A stretch of DNA of 39,932 nt, taken from positions 1 through 39,932 of the IMG/VR virus record IMGVR_UViG_3300031716_000024; one strand, given 5' to 3'. The notes under the pieces were generated by a model that searched no databases, was not told where the DNA came from, and worked only from the letters and a program-made list of their open reading frames with translations. This stretch comes from a virus. Taxonomy: Duplodnaviria; Caudoviricetes. The number at the start of each line of letters is the position of its first letter. Positions within the stretch are counted from its first letter, which is position 1. Shown here in pieces: positions 27,736-37,543 of the stretch. Both the position numbers and the translations under genes were made by a program.

Positions 27736-29201
27736 TGCCGTCATTTCCTCGTTACGAATCAAAAGGCGCTTTAACCACTCAAACCCCATCTGTAGGTGCA
27801 GTTGAAGATACGTCCGGTAAAATCGCCGCCCAAGCTGCAGACACGTTAACCAAAGTTCAAGATACCGCGGTTAAATGGGATGAAGCTTTTAAAACTATTC
27901 AAGACACTGTATTTAAAGGAAATACAAAGGTGGCCCTTGCTGATGTCAAGGCGCGTGCTGAAGTCGATCCAGATCCCAATTCACTTCCTAAATATTTAGA
28001 TGAAATTGACAAAATCGGAACGGACAATTCCAAAGGCCTTCATGCCGGCAGCCAAGCGTTTATGGAATGGGGCTTTGATTCTAAGATCGCAAAGATTGAA
28101 CTCGGCGCAACATTTAAAAAGAAACAAATTGATGTTGGTCACGCTGCGACCTTAAAACTTGTTGATGCTGAAGTCGAAAACCCAACGGACGGAAGTTTGC
28201 CTCGGATTCAAAGTTTACTGCAAACCCAAGTGTCTAAAGGACTTATAAATCATGAGGATGCCTATAAATTAGAAGAAAAAGCCAATCGTGGATTGGGAAT
28301 TAATCGAGTTAATAATGATCTTTTTAATGCACAAACTTCTGAACAAGTAGATGCGGTAAAACAAAATCTTCAATCCGGAGCTTATGAAAAAGGCGGAGTT
28401 ACGATTGATCCAAAAGAAAAAGTTCAAATGTTGCGCTCTATTGAAGTTAGAGGCCGTCAAGTTGTAACTAAAGAACATTTTGCTCAAAGGGTGGAACGCC
28501 AAGATTTAGTTCATGATTTAACAGACCAAGCTAATAACGGAATTTTATCCGGCCAAACACTTGAAGAAGCTTTTCTGACAAAAGGAATTTCAAATTCTAC
28601 TTATACTTCACTCCAACAAAATGCGAATAGTCCAGTTGGCCCAACTGCAGAAACAGATCATCAAACTTATTACAATTTGACCCATTATCTTTTACAGGAC
28701 AATGTTGATCCTATAGTAGCTATTAAAAAAATTCTTGATGCTAATTCTGAAGGGAAATTAAGTCGCGCAGATCAACAAAAATTATTTGATATGCATTTAA
28801 CCCCCACAAAAAATGGGGATGTTAGTTTGAAAGATATGATTGAAGCAAAACCAAAAGATTCATTCGATAAATTAAAACAAGTTTATGACGAGAGAATTAA
28901 AAATATTAATGAAAAACGAAAATGGTTTAGACCTGCCTTTCAATCTTTTAATGAAGCTTTTACTGGCCCAGACCGGATTAAAAATATATCAGAAGCTCAA
29001 CAGACTTTACTCGATTCTGTCCAGAAAAATAATCTGAAAGATGGCGAAATTTTAAAGGAAGCTGACAAAATAACTGCAGCAGCTAATTTAAAAAAACATC
29101 CGGAATGGGGCATTCTTCCTGATACTGGACAATCTGGTCAAGATAGATTTAAAAACAAAGTAATTGTATATCCTGACGGACGAGTGGTAAGAAAAAAATG
29201 A
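27735..29201 (+). CDS. Putative internal virion (ejection) protein
   Basis: MP..P.Y start; helical composition; position. Confidence 0.6.
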   Translation: MPSFPRYESKGALTTQTPSVGAVEDTSGKIAAQAADTLTKVQDTAVKWDEAFKTIQDTVFKGNTKVALADVKARAEVDPDPNSLPKYLDEIDKIGTDNSKGLHAGSQAFMEWGFDSKIAKIELGATFKKKQIDVGHAATLKLVDAEVENPTDGSLPRIQSLLQTQVSKGLINHEDAYKLEEKANRGLGINRVNNDLFNAQTSEQVDAVKQNLQSGAYEKGGVTIDPKEKVQMLRSIEVRGRQVVTKEHFAQRVERQDLVHDLTDQANNGILSGQTLEEAFLTKGISNSTYTSLQQNANSPVGPTAETDHQTYYNLTHYLLQDNVDPIVAIKKILDANSEGKLSRADQQKLFDMHLTPTKNGDVSLKDMIEAKPKDSFDKLKQVYDERIKNINEKRKWFRPAFQSFNEAFTGPDRIKNISEAQQTLLDSVQKNNLKDGEILKEADKITAAANLKKHPEWGILPDTGQSGQDRFKNKVIVYPDGRVVRKK

Positions 29202-30694
29202 ATACTATAGATACTAATTCAATTGTTTTGACTCAAGATTCTGGCGAACAAACTTCAAATACAGTTGCTAATCCTGTGGATTTAAATTCAATTACTTTTG
29301 GAAAATCAGAAAATACTCAAAGCAATCCTGTTATTGAACAAGCTTCTAAAGTCTTAGGTATAAACGCTGCTTCAAATCTTGTTTCAAGAGTGGTTTCTGA
29401 TTTCAAAAATGTGGATTATCATTTTACGGAAGATAAATACAGGCCTCAACTTGTTAATTCAATTTCAAATGCTACTGGCATCCCAACCCAAGAGATAGAT
29501 AAATATTATTCTCCACTCCGTTTACTGTTTGATTCAGCAGTTTCAGGGCCTGCTGTAGCCATTACTAAAGACGTTTCTCCATCTACTATTGAAGGAATTG
29601 TAAAAGCAACAATGACACCAGCTATTATGGTGAGTGCTGCAATTGATTTCCCTGGAACGGCTGCCGGCCTTGTTGCTTATACGGCATTAGATCACATTAT
29701 TCCAACGCCTCAAATACAAGGTGCTACTAAAGATGAACAAGCTTCTATTAATTTAATGGGTATGATTGCTAAAGGAGCTTTTTTAGGAGGTCTTTTCCAT
29801 GGAGCAACTAAAGTTCAATCTGAATGGTTTCCAGATGTGCTTGAAAAGTTTGGATTTAAGAAATTAAAAGAAAATGGGCTCCCGGATGTTGTTGAAGTGA
29901 AGCCTGAACAACTTATTAAGTTAAAAGGAGAACAACCAAAAGAACCTACGCCTGCAGTTACTCCACAACAAAAAGACTTTACCGAACCTTTAGGCTTAAA
30001 ACCTGATACGGTAGAAAATGCGATTGCAAATAATTCATCTGTTAAGGTTCCTATTGAGAAATTAATTAATATTGGAACAAAATCAGAGGAAGATTTTAAT
30101 CATGTAGCTGGAATTTTGTCTGGAAAGCAAGCTCTTGAGCCTGTCCAAGGAACTGGAGAAGTCAAAACCTCAAAACTTGCTCAAGGCGTTGAAGCAAAGG
30201 CGATTGAAAATAAATTAACCAAAGGATTTAGTGATCTTCCTGAATATCGGGCAGTTAATATGGAAGAACAGGCTGCTCTTGCCGGGAAACTCCTTAATAA
30301 AGATCCAGAATTAGCGCGAAAGATCGCAATGGGTGATGAACCAGCCCCAAAAGACATTATTCCGGAGGCTGTTTTTGTTGCAGTTGAAAATAAGGCAATC
30401 GCTGAAGGAGATGCAAATACTTTAAGAGATTTGGCTACCGGTTCAAAATTGAGCACTGAAGCAACTGCCATGGGCCAGAGAATTGCGACACTTGCCACGC
30501 GAGATCCGGAATCTCCTACAGGGGCAATCAAAGATATTTTAGCTGCACGTGAAGAAAGAGCGCAAAAAAGCCTTGGAAGAAAAAGTTTACAGAAAGCAAA
30601 AACAGATGTTGCGAAGGAAATTAAAACTGAACTTAAAAAACCTAGAATTACTAAACAGGATTGGGAATCTTTTATTAAAAGCTTGGAGTGTTAA
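29198..30694 (+). CDS. Putative internal virion (ejection) protein
   Basis: Long ORF within the ejection block. Confidence 0.55.
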   Translation: MNTIDTNSIVLTQDSGEQTSNTVANPVDLNSITFGKSENTQSNPVIEQASKVLGINAASNLVSRVVSDFKNVDYHFTEDKYRPQLVNSISNATGIPTQEIDKYYSPLRLLFDSAVSGPAVAITKDVSPSTIEGIVKATMTPAIMVSAAIDFPGTAAGLVAYTALDHIIPTPQIQGATKDEQASINLMGMIAKGAFLGGLFHGATKVQSEWFPDVLEKFGFKKLKENGLPDVVEVKPEQLIKLKGEQPKEPTPAVTPQQKDFTEPLGLKPDTVENAIANNSSVKVPIEKLINIGTKSEEDFNHVAGILSGKQALEPVQGTGEVKTSKLAQGVEAKAIENKLTKGFSDLPEYRAVNMEEQAALAGKLLNKDPELARKIAMGDEPAPKDIIPEAVFVAVENKAIAEGDANTLRDLATGSKLSTEATAMGQRIATLATRDPESPTGAIKDILAAREERAQKSLGRKSLQKAKTDVAKEIKTELKKPRITKQDWESFIKSLEC

Positions 30695-30852
30695 TCTTCA
30701 TTTGATTGAGATAAAAAAAGAATGATAATTCCGGACAATATGAAAATTAAAAATCCACTACTACCACATAATTTGCAGAATCTAAACCATAGAAAAAAAA
30801 ATAAAATGATTAGGATGAGTTTTATTATAGGGCTAATCCATTCGCGCATCAT
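30691..30852 (-). CDS. Small two-TM membrane protein, 53 aa (not in ORF track)
   Basis: MMREWISPIIKLILIILFFFLWFRFCKLCGSSGFLIFILSGIIILFLSQSNED; fills the gap; stop overlaps the convergent stop. Confidence 0.6.
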   Translation of the reverse strand: MMREWISPIIKLILIILFFFLWFRFCKLCGSSGFLIFILSGIIILFLSQSNED

Positions 30853-30882
30853 TCAATTATACCAAAAAGGCAGGATTTTGGG

Positions 30883-32565
30883 ATGTTTTGTTTAAATTCT
30901 AAACTCACAAATGAGTTCATAAAACGCCTTAAATCAGGGGAAATTGACCCTGAAAAGATGTCTAAAATGTCATCTGAAGAAAGACGGGCTTTTTTAGGTG
31001 AATTTTTAGGTGTTAGAAATGCCAAAGAAGTAAATGCTGCCTTTGAGTCCAAACTTCTTTTAAAGGACCAGCAACAGGCCATGATTAATTGGGCCAAACA
31101 AACAGCCGGTTTAAAACCAGAGGCCAGACGCGATATTATTTCAAGAGTTGAAAAAATGACCGAGATTCTTAATCCTGAATCTGAAAAAGCATTCTTAGAA
31201 GATTTAGCAGCTCATAAATTGGGTGTGACTGTCAGTATGAATGAAGCAGCTAAAATATCAGAACTTGCAAAGGAAACTTCAGAGGCTAAAGGAAAAATAG
31301 AACCTGATTCTCCAATTCAAAGTCCAGCAAGAATGGCTTATGGTCGTGCTTTGGTCGAATTTGGGGATTATGTTAGTGAATTAAAAAACGCTGCTAAAAA
31401 ATTGGTTTTAGAAGATTTTAAAAACGCACCTCTTAAAACAACTGGAAAAGTATTATCTAATTTTGCAGGTCTTGCCAAATCATTAAAAGCAACTTTGGAT
31501 GATAGCGTTATCGGACGGCAAGGATTAAAAGTTTTATTTACTCATCCAGGTACATGGCTAAAAAATTCAGCACAAACATTTGTAGATATTGCTAATACTT
31601 TTGGTGGCAAAGAAGTAATGAAAGAAGTCCAGGCTGATGTTCTTTCTCGTCCAAATGCTTTAAATGGTCTTTACTTTAAAGAAAAATTAGCTATAGGAAT
31701 CGTAGAAGAAGCCTATCCTACCTCCGCCCCTGAAAAAATCCCATTTTTAGGAAGAATTTTTAAAGCATCTGAAACAGCTTTTACAGCTTTTCAATATAGA
31801 ACCCGTGCAGATATTTTTGATAAATATGTCGAAATTGCTCAAAAATCGGGTCAAGATGATATTCATGGAATAGGATTACTTTCAAATTCTTTAACAGGCC
31901 GTGGAACATTTGGGCAGCGTTTAGAATCACTTGCAACAGCAACCAATAATGTTTTCTTTTCTCCCAGATACTTAAAAAGTCATATTGATTTATTAACAAT
32001 GCACGGATTTGACAATATTAGTCCATTTGCAAAAAGACAAGCTGCAATTAATTTAGTAAAAGTAATTAGTGGATTAGCAGCGGTTTTGGCAATTGCAGAT
32101 CAAGTTTTCCCTGGAAGTGTTGAAAAAGATCCTCGAAGTGCTGACTTTGGGAAAATCAGAATTGGTGATACTAGATTTGATGTAACTGCCGGAATGTCAT
32201 CCCTTGCTATTTTAGCAGCACGTTTGATCAGTTCTAGCACAAAGAGCAGTGTAACTGGGCAAATCAAAAAATTAAATTCTGGAAAGTTTGGATCTCAAAC
32301 AAGTTCAGATTTAATATTTAATTTTTTTGAAAACAAACTTTCTCCAGCTGCTTCTATTGTGAAGGATATTCTTGATGGTGAAGATTTTCATCATCATAAA
32401 ATAACACCATTAGGAGAACTTAATAATCTCTTAACTCCTTTACCTATCACAACTTATGAAGAATTAAAAGATGATCCAAATTCAGCAAATGTGCTGATAG
32501 CAATGATTGCTGATGAACTTGGAATTTCAACCAATACATATTCTAAAAATAAACATAAGGGATAA
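30883..32565 (+). CDS. Putative large internal virion (ejection) protein
   Basis: Helical; FFSPR, DPRSADFGKIRIG, KLSP......D...G.DF. Confidence 0.6.
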   Translation: MFCLNSKLTNEFIKRLKSGEIDPEKMSKMSSEERRAFLGEFLGVRNAKEVNAAFESKLLLKDQQQAMINWAKQTAGLKPEARRDIISRVEKMTEILNPESEKAFLEDLAAHKLGVTVSMNEAAKISELAKETSEAKGKIEPDSPIQSPARMAYGRALVEFGDYVSELKNAAKKLVLEDFKNAPLKTTGKVLSNFAGLAKSLKATLDDSVIGRQGLKVLFTHPGTWLKNSAQTFVDIANTFGGKEVMKEVQADVLSRPNALNGLYFKEKLAIGIVEEAYPTSAPEKIPFLGRIFKASETAFTAFQYRTRADIFDKYVEIAQKSGQDDIHGIGLLSNSLTGRGTFGQRLESLATATNNVFFSPRYLKSHIDLLTMHGFDNISPFAKRQAAINLVKVISGLAAVLAIADQVFPGSVEKDPRSADFGKIRIGDTRFDVTAGMSSLAILAARLISSSTKSSVTGQIKKLNSGKFGSQTSSDLIFNFFENKLSPAASIVKDILDGEDFHHHKITPLGELNNLLTPLPITTYEELKDDPNSANVLIAMIADELGISTNTYSKNKHKG

Positions 32566-32567
32566 AA

Positions 32568-32744
32568 ATGAAAACATTATTTTTTACATTAATTTTAATA
32601 TTAACAGCAGGATCTTTTTGCTTTGCGGCTCCAAGGGAATCTGGTCAAACAGATGCAGCTCCGGTAGTCGTTTACGGGAAAGATTCAAATGGGGTCTTAA
32701 GACCTATTTTAACAGACACTTCAGGAGTGGTCCAAGGGGGATAA
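32568..32744 (+). CDS. Secreted 58-aa protein, paralog of the next gene's N-terminus (not in ORF track)
   Basis: MKTLFFTLILILTAGSFCFA|APRESGQTDAAPVVVYGKDSNG... Confidence 0.8.
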   Translation: MKTLFFTLILILTAGSFCFAAPRESGQTDAAPVVVYGKDSNGVLRPILTDTSGVVQGG

Positions 32745-32745
32745 T

Positions 32746-33735
32746 ATGTATAGAAAATATATTTTATTATTAATTGTTTTAAATTTAATCTTTTTACCAC
32801 TTGCATATTCTGCACCGCGTGAAGCAGGGAACACGGATGCAATGCCAATTGTTTTATACGGGAAAGATTCAAATGGTGCACTTCAGGCATTAAAAACCGG
32901 AACTACGGGAGGTTTGCAATTAAACGGGACCTTAACCCGGACAACAGCGCCAGCCGCAGCAGGGGATGGCGTGTTAAAAGCAGATTATGAATATGCAATG
33001 GTTGCTAATGATATTCCAGCCGCTTTACAAGGATACTTTAAAAATACAGGTTCTGCATCAGGTGGGAGCGGCCATGGAATTGGGAATTTAGGATATTCCG
33101 AAGATACAACAACGGGAGCCCAAATTCTTATTGGAAACGAAGGAAAAGTATTAGCGCATAGTTCGAGTGCAATTAATTACTTCGGACTTTACGGAGATCC
33201 CACGTGGCAAGATTCTGCAAGTGGAAATACGACCACTTTTAGCGGAGGACTGGCAGGGGGATATTTCCCAAGATATGTCTATAATTTTGATGGGGTAACT
33301 GCACGCGCTCAAGGAACTGTTTATGGGGTTTTAATTCCTGACGCTGTAGGCTCTACCACTAATTATGGGCTTTTAATTCAGCCTCAAACAGGTGGTGGAA
33401 CAACTGATATTAGCGCGGCAATTGGTGGGGCTGATACGATCACTCTTTGGGTAAATTATGATACAGATTCTACGACGGCCGCAAAAGGGATTGTTTTTGG
33501 TGCTTCAGCAGATACCAAGCTTTATCGATCAGCGGCAAGCACATTAACTACTGACGGAAAAGTTACTTCAACTGCAACATCTGACATTGGATGGGCTGTT
33601 GTAGCAGGAGCAAATACAGCTTGTAACACTACTTGTACAAGTGCGTGTGTATTTGGTTTTGACGCTGGAACCACTACGATCGTTGCGTGTACGGATGCGA
33701 CAGCTGATAAATGTATATGTGCAGGAGCATCATAA
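32746..33735 (+). CDS. Signal-peptide-bearing fibre-like protein with Cys-rich C-terminus
   Basis: MYRKYILLLIVLNLIFLPLAYS|APRE; G/T/A-rich; DTKLYRSAASTLTTDG fibre-type motif; six terminal Cys. Confidence 0.65.
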   Translation: MYRKYILLLIVLNLIFLPLAYSAPREAGNTDAMPIVLYGKDSNGALQALKTGTTGGLQLNGTLTRTTAPAAAGDGVLKADYEYAMVANDIPAALQGYFKNTGSASGGSGHGIGNLGYSEDTTTGAQILIGNEGKVLAHSSSAINYFGLYGDPTWQDSASGNTTTFSGGLAGGYFPRYVYNFDGVTARAQGTVYGVLIPDAVGSTTNYGLLIQPQTGGGTTDISAAIGGADTITLWVNYDTDSTTAAKGIVFGASADTKLYRSAASTLTTDGKVTSTATSDIGWAVVAGANTACNTTCTSACVFGFDAGTTTIVACTDATADKCICAGAS

Positions 33736-34029
33736 ATGGCATTTGAAATTCATGATTTTTTCATGTCCTTTACTCCAAGAGGAGACTCCAAAGGACTTTT
33801 CAATGTTGTTAAAGATGACATTGGAAGCTCTGGGGCCACTTCTTATTATTGTTATCAAAATGAAGCTGGGTCCTACGTCATTATGCGCGTAGTAACTTCA
33901 GGATCTTTAACGATAAAAAACTATCAATATTACGGGGTCCCCAAACGTCCCTTACAACGTGATACAGATTGGGCCAACAGAGCGAGTTTAAATTATGTGG
34001 AATATTATCAATTATTTAATCAGAGCTAG
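33736..34029 (+). CDS. Small tail-fibre-associated protein
   Basis: YY.Y....G...IMR and W.NRASL.Y pattern; lies between fibre genes. Confidence 0.55.
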   Translation: MAFEIHDFFMSFTPRGDSKGLFNVVKDDIGSSGATSYYCYQNEAGSYVIMRVVTSGSLTIKNYQYYGVPKRPLQRDTDWANRASLNYVEYYQLFNQS

Positions 34030-36295
34030 TATTTTAGTTTTCTGTTTCCAAACAGGCGCGTTAGCACTTGATAGCGTAACGAATCCGCAAACAGGAAATA
34101 TTGACTTAATTGGAATTAGTGGTACAGGCTCAAGCGTTCCCGGGTGTTCTGCTAATCAAATTTTATATACCAACGGTTCAAGCGTTCTTGCGTGTTCAAA
34201 CTCCCTTCGATACGACTATTTATCAAGCGGAACTTTAGATATTGGAAATGGTGGCGTTGGAACAACCGCTGGGATTACGATTAATCCAGGAAACAGTGTT
34301 TCTGGAACCGTTGTTTTCGCTAATGCAGCCGTATCCACTATGGCATCTATCTACGTTACCAGAGTTGGTACGGATGATTACATGAATATTGATTCTCTTG
34401 AGTATCTAACAATCTCAAATTCAAGCGTTTCAATTTCTGGTGCTTCAATAACCATTGGAAATGTTACATCTGGCTCATCCGCCGCTGACTTCGATGATGG
34501 TGGAAACTACACTGGTGGGGACGGGCAAACCCAAATCCACAAGTATAGAATCTATGCTTATAAGACATCTGGTGGAGCGACAGCTTTCTCAACGACTTAT
34601 TATGAAATTGATAACACCGAAGATGATGGAACACATATAGACGCGGCTTACACAATCAATGTTTCTTGGACGGCTGTAAGTGGCGCGACGGGATACAGAA
34701 TTATTAAATATCACGATTTTGACGGCTCTCCGACTCTAAACTTCAGTGCTTACTATGATGTTGTCGGAACGAATACATTCGCAGATGTTGGGCCAGACAC
34801 CTTGTTCACGCACGGTCAAAATGTTCTTCCAACCACAAACTATTCAAACACCATTACTCTAAATGGGCAGATCTCAAACACATACGGGAACATCACTCAT
34901 TACGGAACTTATGAGTTTAACGACCTAGTTGACTTTAACACTGGCCTAACAATCGGTGGTGAGAACTTCGTAACGATTGATAATGCTAACGCCAACTTCT
35001 TCATGGGGCAGAATAGTGGAGCAAATAACACAGTTGGAGGTTATAAATTTGGAGCTGGAATCGGAACGCTTCAACATGGCCAGGATGATTTCTATAATGT
35101 TGCGGTCGGGCCATTTGCGTTAAACCTGAATGTAAGTGGACAATATATAACTGCTGTTGGTGCGTATGCAGGATATAATTCTTTAGGAGGAAATAATTCT
35201 TTCTTCGGCTATCACGCAGGATATGTCTATGATCTTGGAGCTTATGGAACGTTCTTAGGAGCAAATGCTGGAGTAAGTGCAACGACGGCTTATGGTCTAA
35301 TCGCAATTGGAGCCGCCTCTGCTTCTGGAATTACAACGGCTCAATACTCGATTGGAATCGGGCTTGATACGATTAACGGAAACTATGGAAGTGTTATTTG
35401 TTTAGGACATGGCGCTCAAGCCACCGCAGCGAATCAATTCATTGTCGGTCGTCAAGGAATCACAGAGATTCGCACAATGTATTTTGGGGGCGGTGTTACA
35501 GACACAGATTCTTCGCACATTCAAACACTTGCTTATAGAACGACAGGTGGAAGCGGCTCAAACATTTCGGCTTGGAGCGTTGCATATTATCCTGGAATTG
35601 CCACAGGGAGTGCGACTCCAGCCACGCAGACTTTCTATGGTACTGAGGTTCTTGGAAGCGGCTCAACGGCTCAAACTGCTTATTCAAGGCTAGCAATAAG
35701 CGGAACAGAACTTGTCATTAATGATGATTCACGGGTGTTTGATACACGAATTGAAACAGATGGAAATGCAAACACCTTTTTCGTTAAAGGCTCAAATGAC
35801 CGCGTTGGAATCCTGACGAATGCTCCGACAGATGCATTCTCGATTGCAACAAAATCAGATTGGAACTCAAGCGGGCTGATTACGAAATACAATAACATCG
35901 CTACGGCTGGATTAGGATCTCCTGCGATTTATTCCGAATCAATCACGGCCACAAAGACGGGGAACTTCACAGTTCTTGCTTACACCCCACCTGCAACTGC
36001 CGGGCGCTACAGAATATCCGGTGTAATTACGACTACATCATCAACTAATACCGGAACTGTTCAGTTCACACTTGATTATAAAGATTCTCAGGGAATTACT
36101 CATACGGCAGACATTATTCCACTCGTTGACGCGGCTGGTGCAATTGCGACAACCAAGTCCGGAGCATCCCTTGAATTTCACAGTATTCCTTGGGAATTTT
36201 CAATCAATAATGCAGCAACAGTAATTAATTTAAAAGTGGTTATAACCGGAACAGTCAGCTACACAGCGGCTGGAACAATTGAACAAATAGCATAA
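33995..36295 (+). CDS. Tail fibre / receptor-binding-like protein with apparent signal peptide
   Basis: ...ILVFCFQTGALA|LDS; FN3-like VSWTAVSGATGYRI; YadA-head-like N.A.G..A repeats; DRVGILTNAP. Confidence 0.75.
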   Translation: MWNIINYLIRASILVFCFQTGALALDSVTNPQTGNIDLIGISGTGSSVPGCSANQILYTNGSSVLACSNSLRYDYLSSGTLDIGNGGVGTTAGITINPGNSVSGTVVFANAAVSTMASIYVTRVGTDDYMNIDSLEYLTISNSSVSISGASITIGNVTSGSSAADFDDGGNYTGGDGQTQIHKYRIYAYKTSGGATAFSTTYYEIDNTEDDGTHIDAAYTINVSWTAVSGATGYRIIKYHDFDGSPTLNFSAYYDVVGTNTFADVGPDTLFTHGQNVLPTTNYSNTITLNGQISNTYGNITHYGTYEFNDLVDFNTGLTIGGENFVTIDNANANFFMGQNSGANNTVGGYKFGAGIGTLQHGQDDFYNVAVGPFALNLNVSGQYITAVGAYAGYNSLGGNNSFFGYHAGYVYDLGAYGTFLGANAGVSATTAYGLIAIGAASASGITTAQYSIGIGLDTINGNYGSVICLGHGAQATAANQFIVGRQGITEIRTMYFGGGVTDTDSSHIQTLAYRTTGGSGSNISAWSVAYYPGIATGSATPATQTFYGTEVLGSGSTAQTAYSRLAISGTELVINDDSRVFDTRIETDGNANTFFVKGSNDRVGILTNAPTDAFSIATKSDWNSSGLITKYNNIATAGLGSPAIYSESITATKTGNFTVLAYTPPATAGRYRISGVITTTSSTNTGTVQFTLDYKDSQGITHTADIIPLVDAAGAIATTKSGASLEFHSIPWEFSINNAATVINLKVVITGTVSYTAAGTIEQIA

Positions 36296-36304
36296 GGAGA
36301 TTAA

Positions 36305-36571
36305 ATGAAACGCTTAATTTTAATTTTAGCAATTACTTTAACAGGTTGTAGTTCTTTAGGAAATACCATGCTTTTAGATAACACGAAAAACATTAAGGAT
36401 TTGCAAACAGGTCAAACGAATATTACAAATGCTGTAAATTCCGCGTTGCAACAAGTCTCGCAACAAATGCAAGCCCAAGCGCAAGAGAACTCGAAATTAA
36501 AAACTGAGCTTGAAGAAATTAAGACAAGCGCAAAATTGGTAAAGGAAACAGCAAAAACAAATGCAGCTTGA
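36305..36571 (+). CDS. Lipoprotein with coiled coil (spanin candidate)
   Basis: Lipobox LTG|C; heptad-rich body. Confidence 0.65.
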   Translation: MKRLILILAITLTGCSSLGNTMLLDNTKNIKDLQTGQTNITNAVNSALQQVSQQMQAQAQENSKLKTELEEIKTSAKLVKETAKTNAA

Positions 36572-36809
36572 TCCTCAAATTATAGGTGTAGTGATAGCTA
36601 TTTTAGTGCATGCAGCCGGTTCGATCTGGTGGGCCGCTCGCATGGATACTACGCTAAAGTTTGTTAAAGAAAATCTAGATAAAATTGCTGATTCAATGGC
36701 AAAAAGTGAAGCTTCAAGATATAGCCGTGAAGATGCAGCGCGAGACTTTGCTGTGAGAGATCAACAAATTACAGCCATTTGGAACAAAATAGAAAATAAG
36801 GGGGCATAA
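36561..36809 (+). CDS. Single-TM protein (holin candidate)
   Basis: IIGVVIAILVHAAGSIWWAA followed by a coiled coil. Confidence 0.55.
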   Translation: MQLDPQIIGVVIAILVHAAGSIWWAARMDTTLKFVKENLDKIADSMAKSEASRYSREDAARDFAVRDQQITAIWNKIENKGA

Positions 36810-36955
36810 TGGCAATATTTAAAGCGATCGGATCTTTTATAAAAGACCAGGCGGTAAAAAAAGTAAAGGGTGTGGTATTAGAAGTTTTGCAACACACCAA
36901 AGTAACGGTCAGTAAAGATGGGGAAGTAACGGTTGAATTTAAAAAGGAAATTTAA
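36809..36955 (+). CDS. Small basic hypothetical protein, 48 aa (not in ORF track)
   Basis: TAATG coupling at both ends. Confidence 0.6.
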   Translation: MAIFKAIGSFIKDQAVKKVKGVVLEVLQHTKVTVSKDGEVTVEFKKEI

Positions 36956-37308
36956 TGTCTAAATTCCTTACCAAATTAATTGTCGAAAAGGTTGATGATT
37001 CTGATGATGAGTGGTTAATTGTCGGAGATTTTAAATATCAATCTGATATTGGTGGAACCATCACTGTTCCTTCGGGTTACAAAACAGATTTTGCCTCTAT
37101 TCCACAACCGTTCTGGATTATCCTTCCTAAAGACGGAAAATATGACGGCGCGGCAGTAATTCATGACTATATTTACGGAACCCACAAATTTGACCGTAAA
37201 ACCTGCGATCAGATCCTCCTTGAAGCCATGAAAGTGCTTGGGGTGTCCTGGTGGAAGCGTAGCCTCATCTATTCTGGAGTCCGGCTTGGTGGCTGGACCC
37301 GTTATTAA
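36955..37308 (+). CDS. DUF1353-family protein
   Basis: VP.G..TDFASIP, AAVIHDYIY, D.I.LEAM, VRLGG. Confidence 0.85.
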   Translation: MSKFLTKLIVEKVDDSDDEWLIVGDFKYQSDIGGTITVPSGYKTDFASIPQPFWIILPKDGKYDGAAVIHDYIYGTHKFDRKTCDQILLEAMKVLGVSWWKRSLIYSGVRLGGWTRY

Positions 37309-37354
37309 TGTAAAAATTTTTTTACAACTATTTTCAGTTTTTTTAATTTAGGGC

Positions 37355-37383
37355 TTTACTTTTTGTTTTTTAGGCCGTATATT
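37355..37383 (+). promoter_or_regulatory. Putative sigma70 promoter
   Basis: TTTACT-17 bp-TATATT. Confidence 0.45.
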
Positions 37384-37462
37384 TCTATCATGAACACAAA
37401 CTTGCAGACAGTGTTAAAAGGAAATAGATCCAATGATAGCAAAATCAACCAATAAAAATTTT

Positions 37463-37535
37463 GCCTCACAGCATCACGCGCTATCACGTGTGTTTCCGGC
37501 CAATGTCTGCAAGACTCTCTGGCTTGCTGTGGGGC
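37463..37535 (+). ncRNA. Candidate C4/P4-CI-like antisense RNA
   Basis: 11-bp closing stem; two internal segments complementary to 37393-37410. Confidence 0.45.
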
Positions 37536-37543
37536 TTTGTTAT

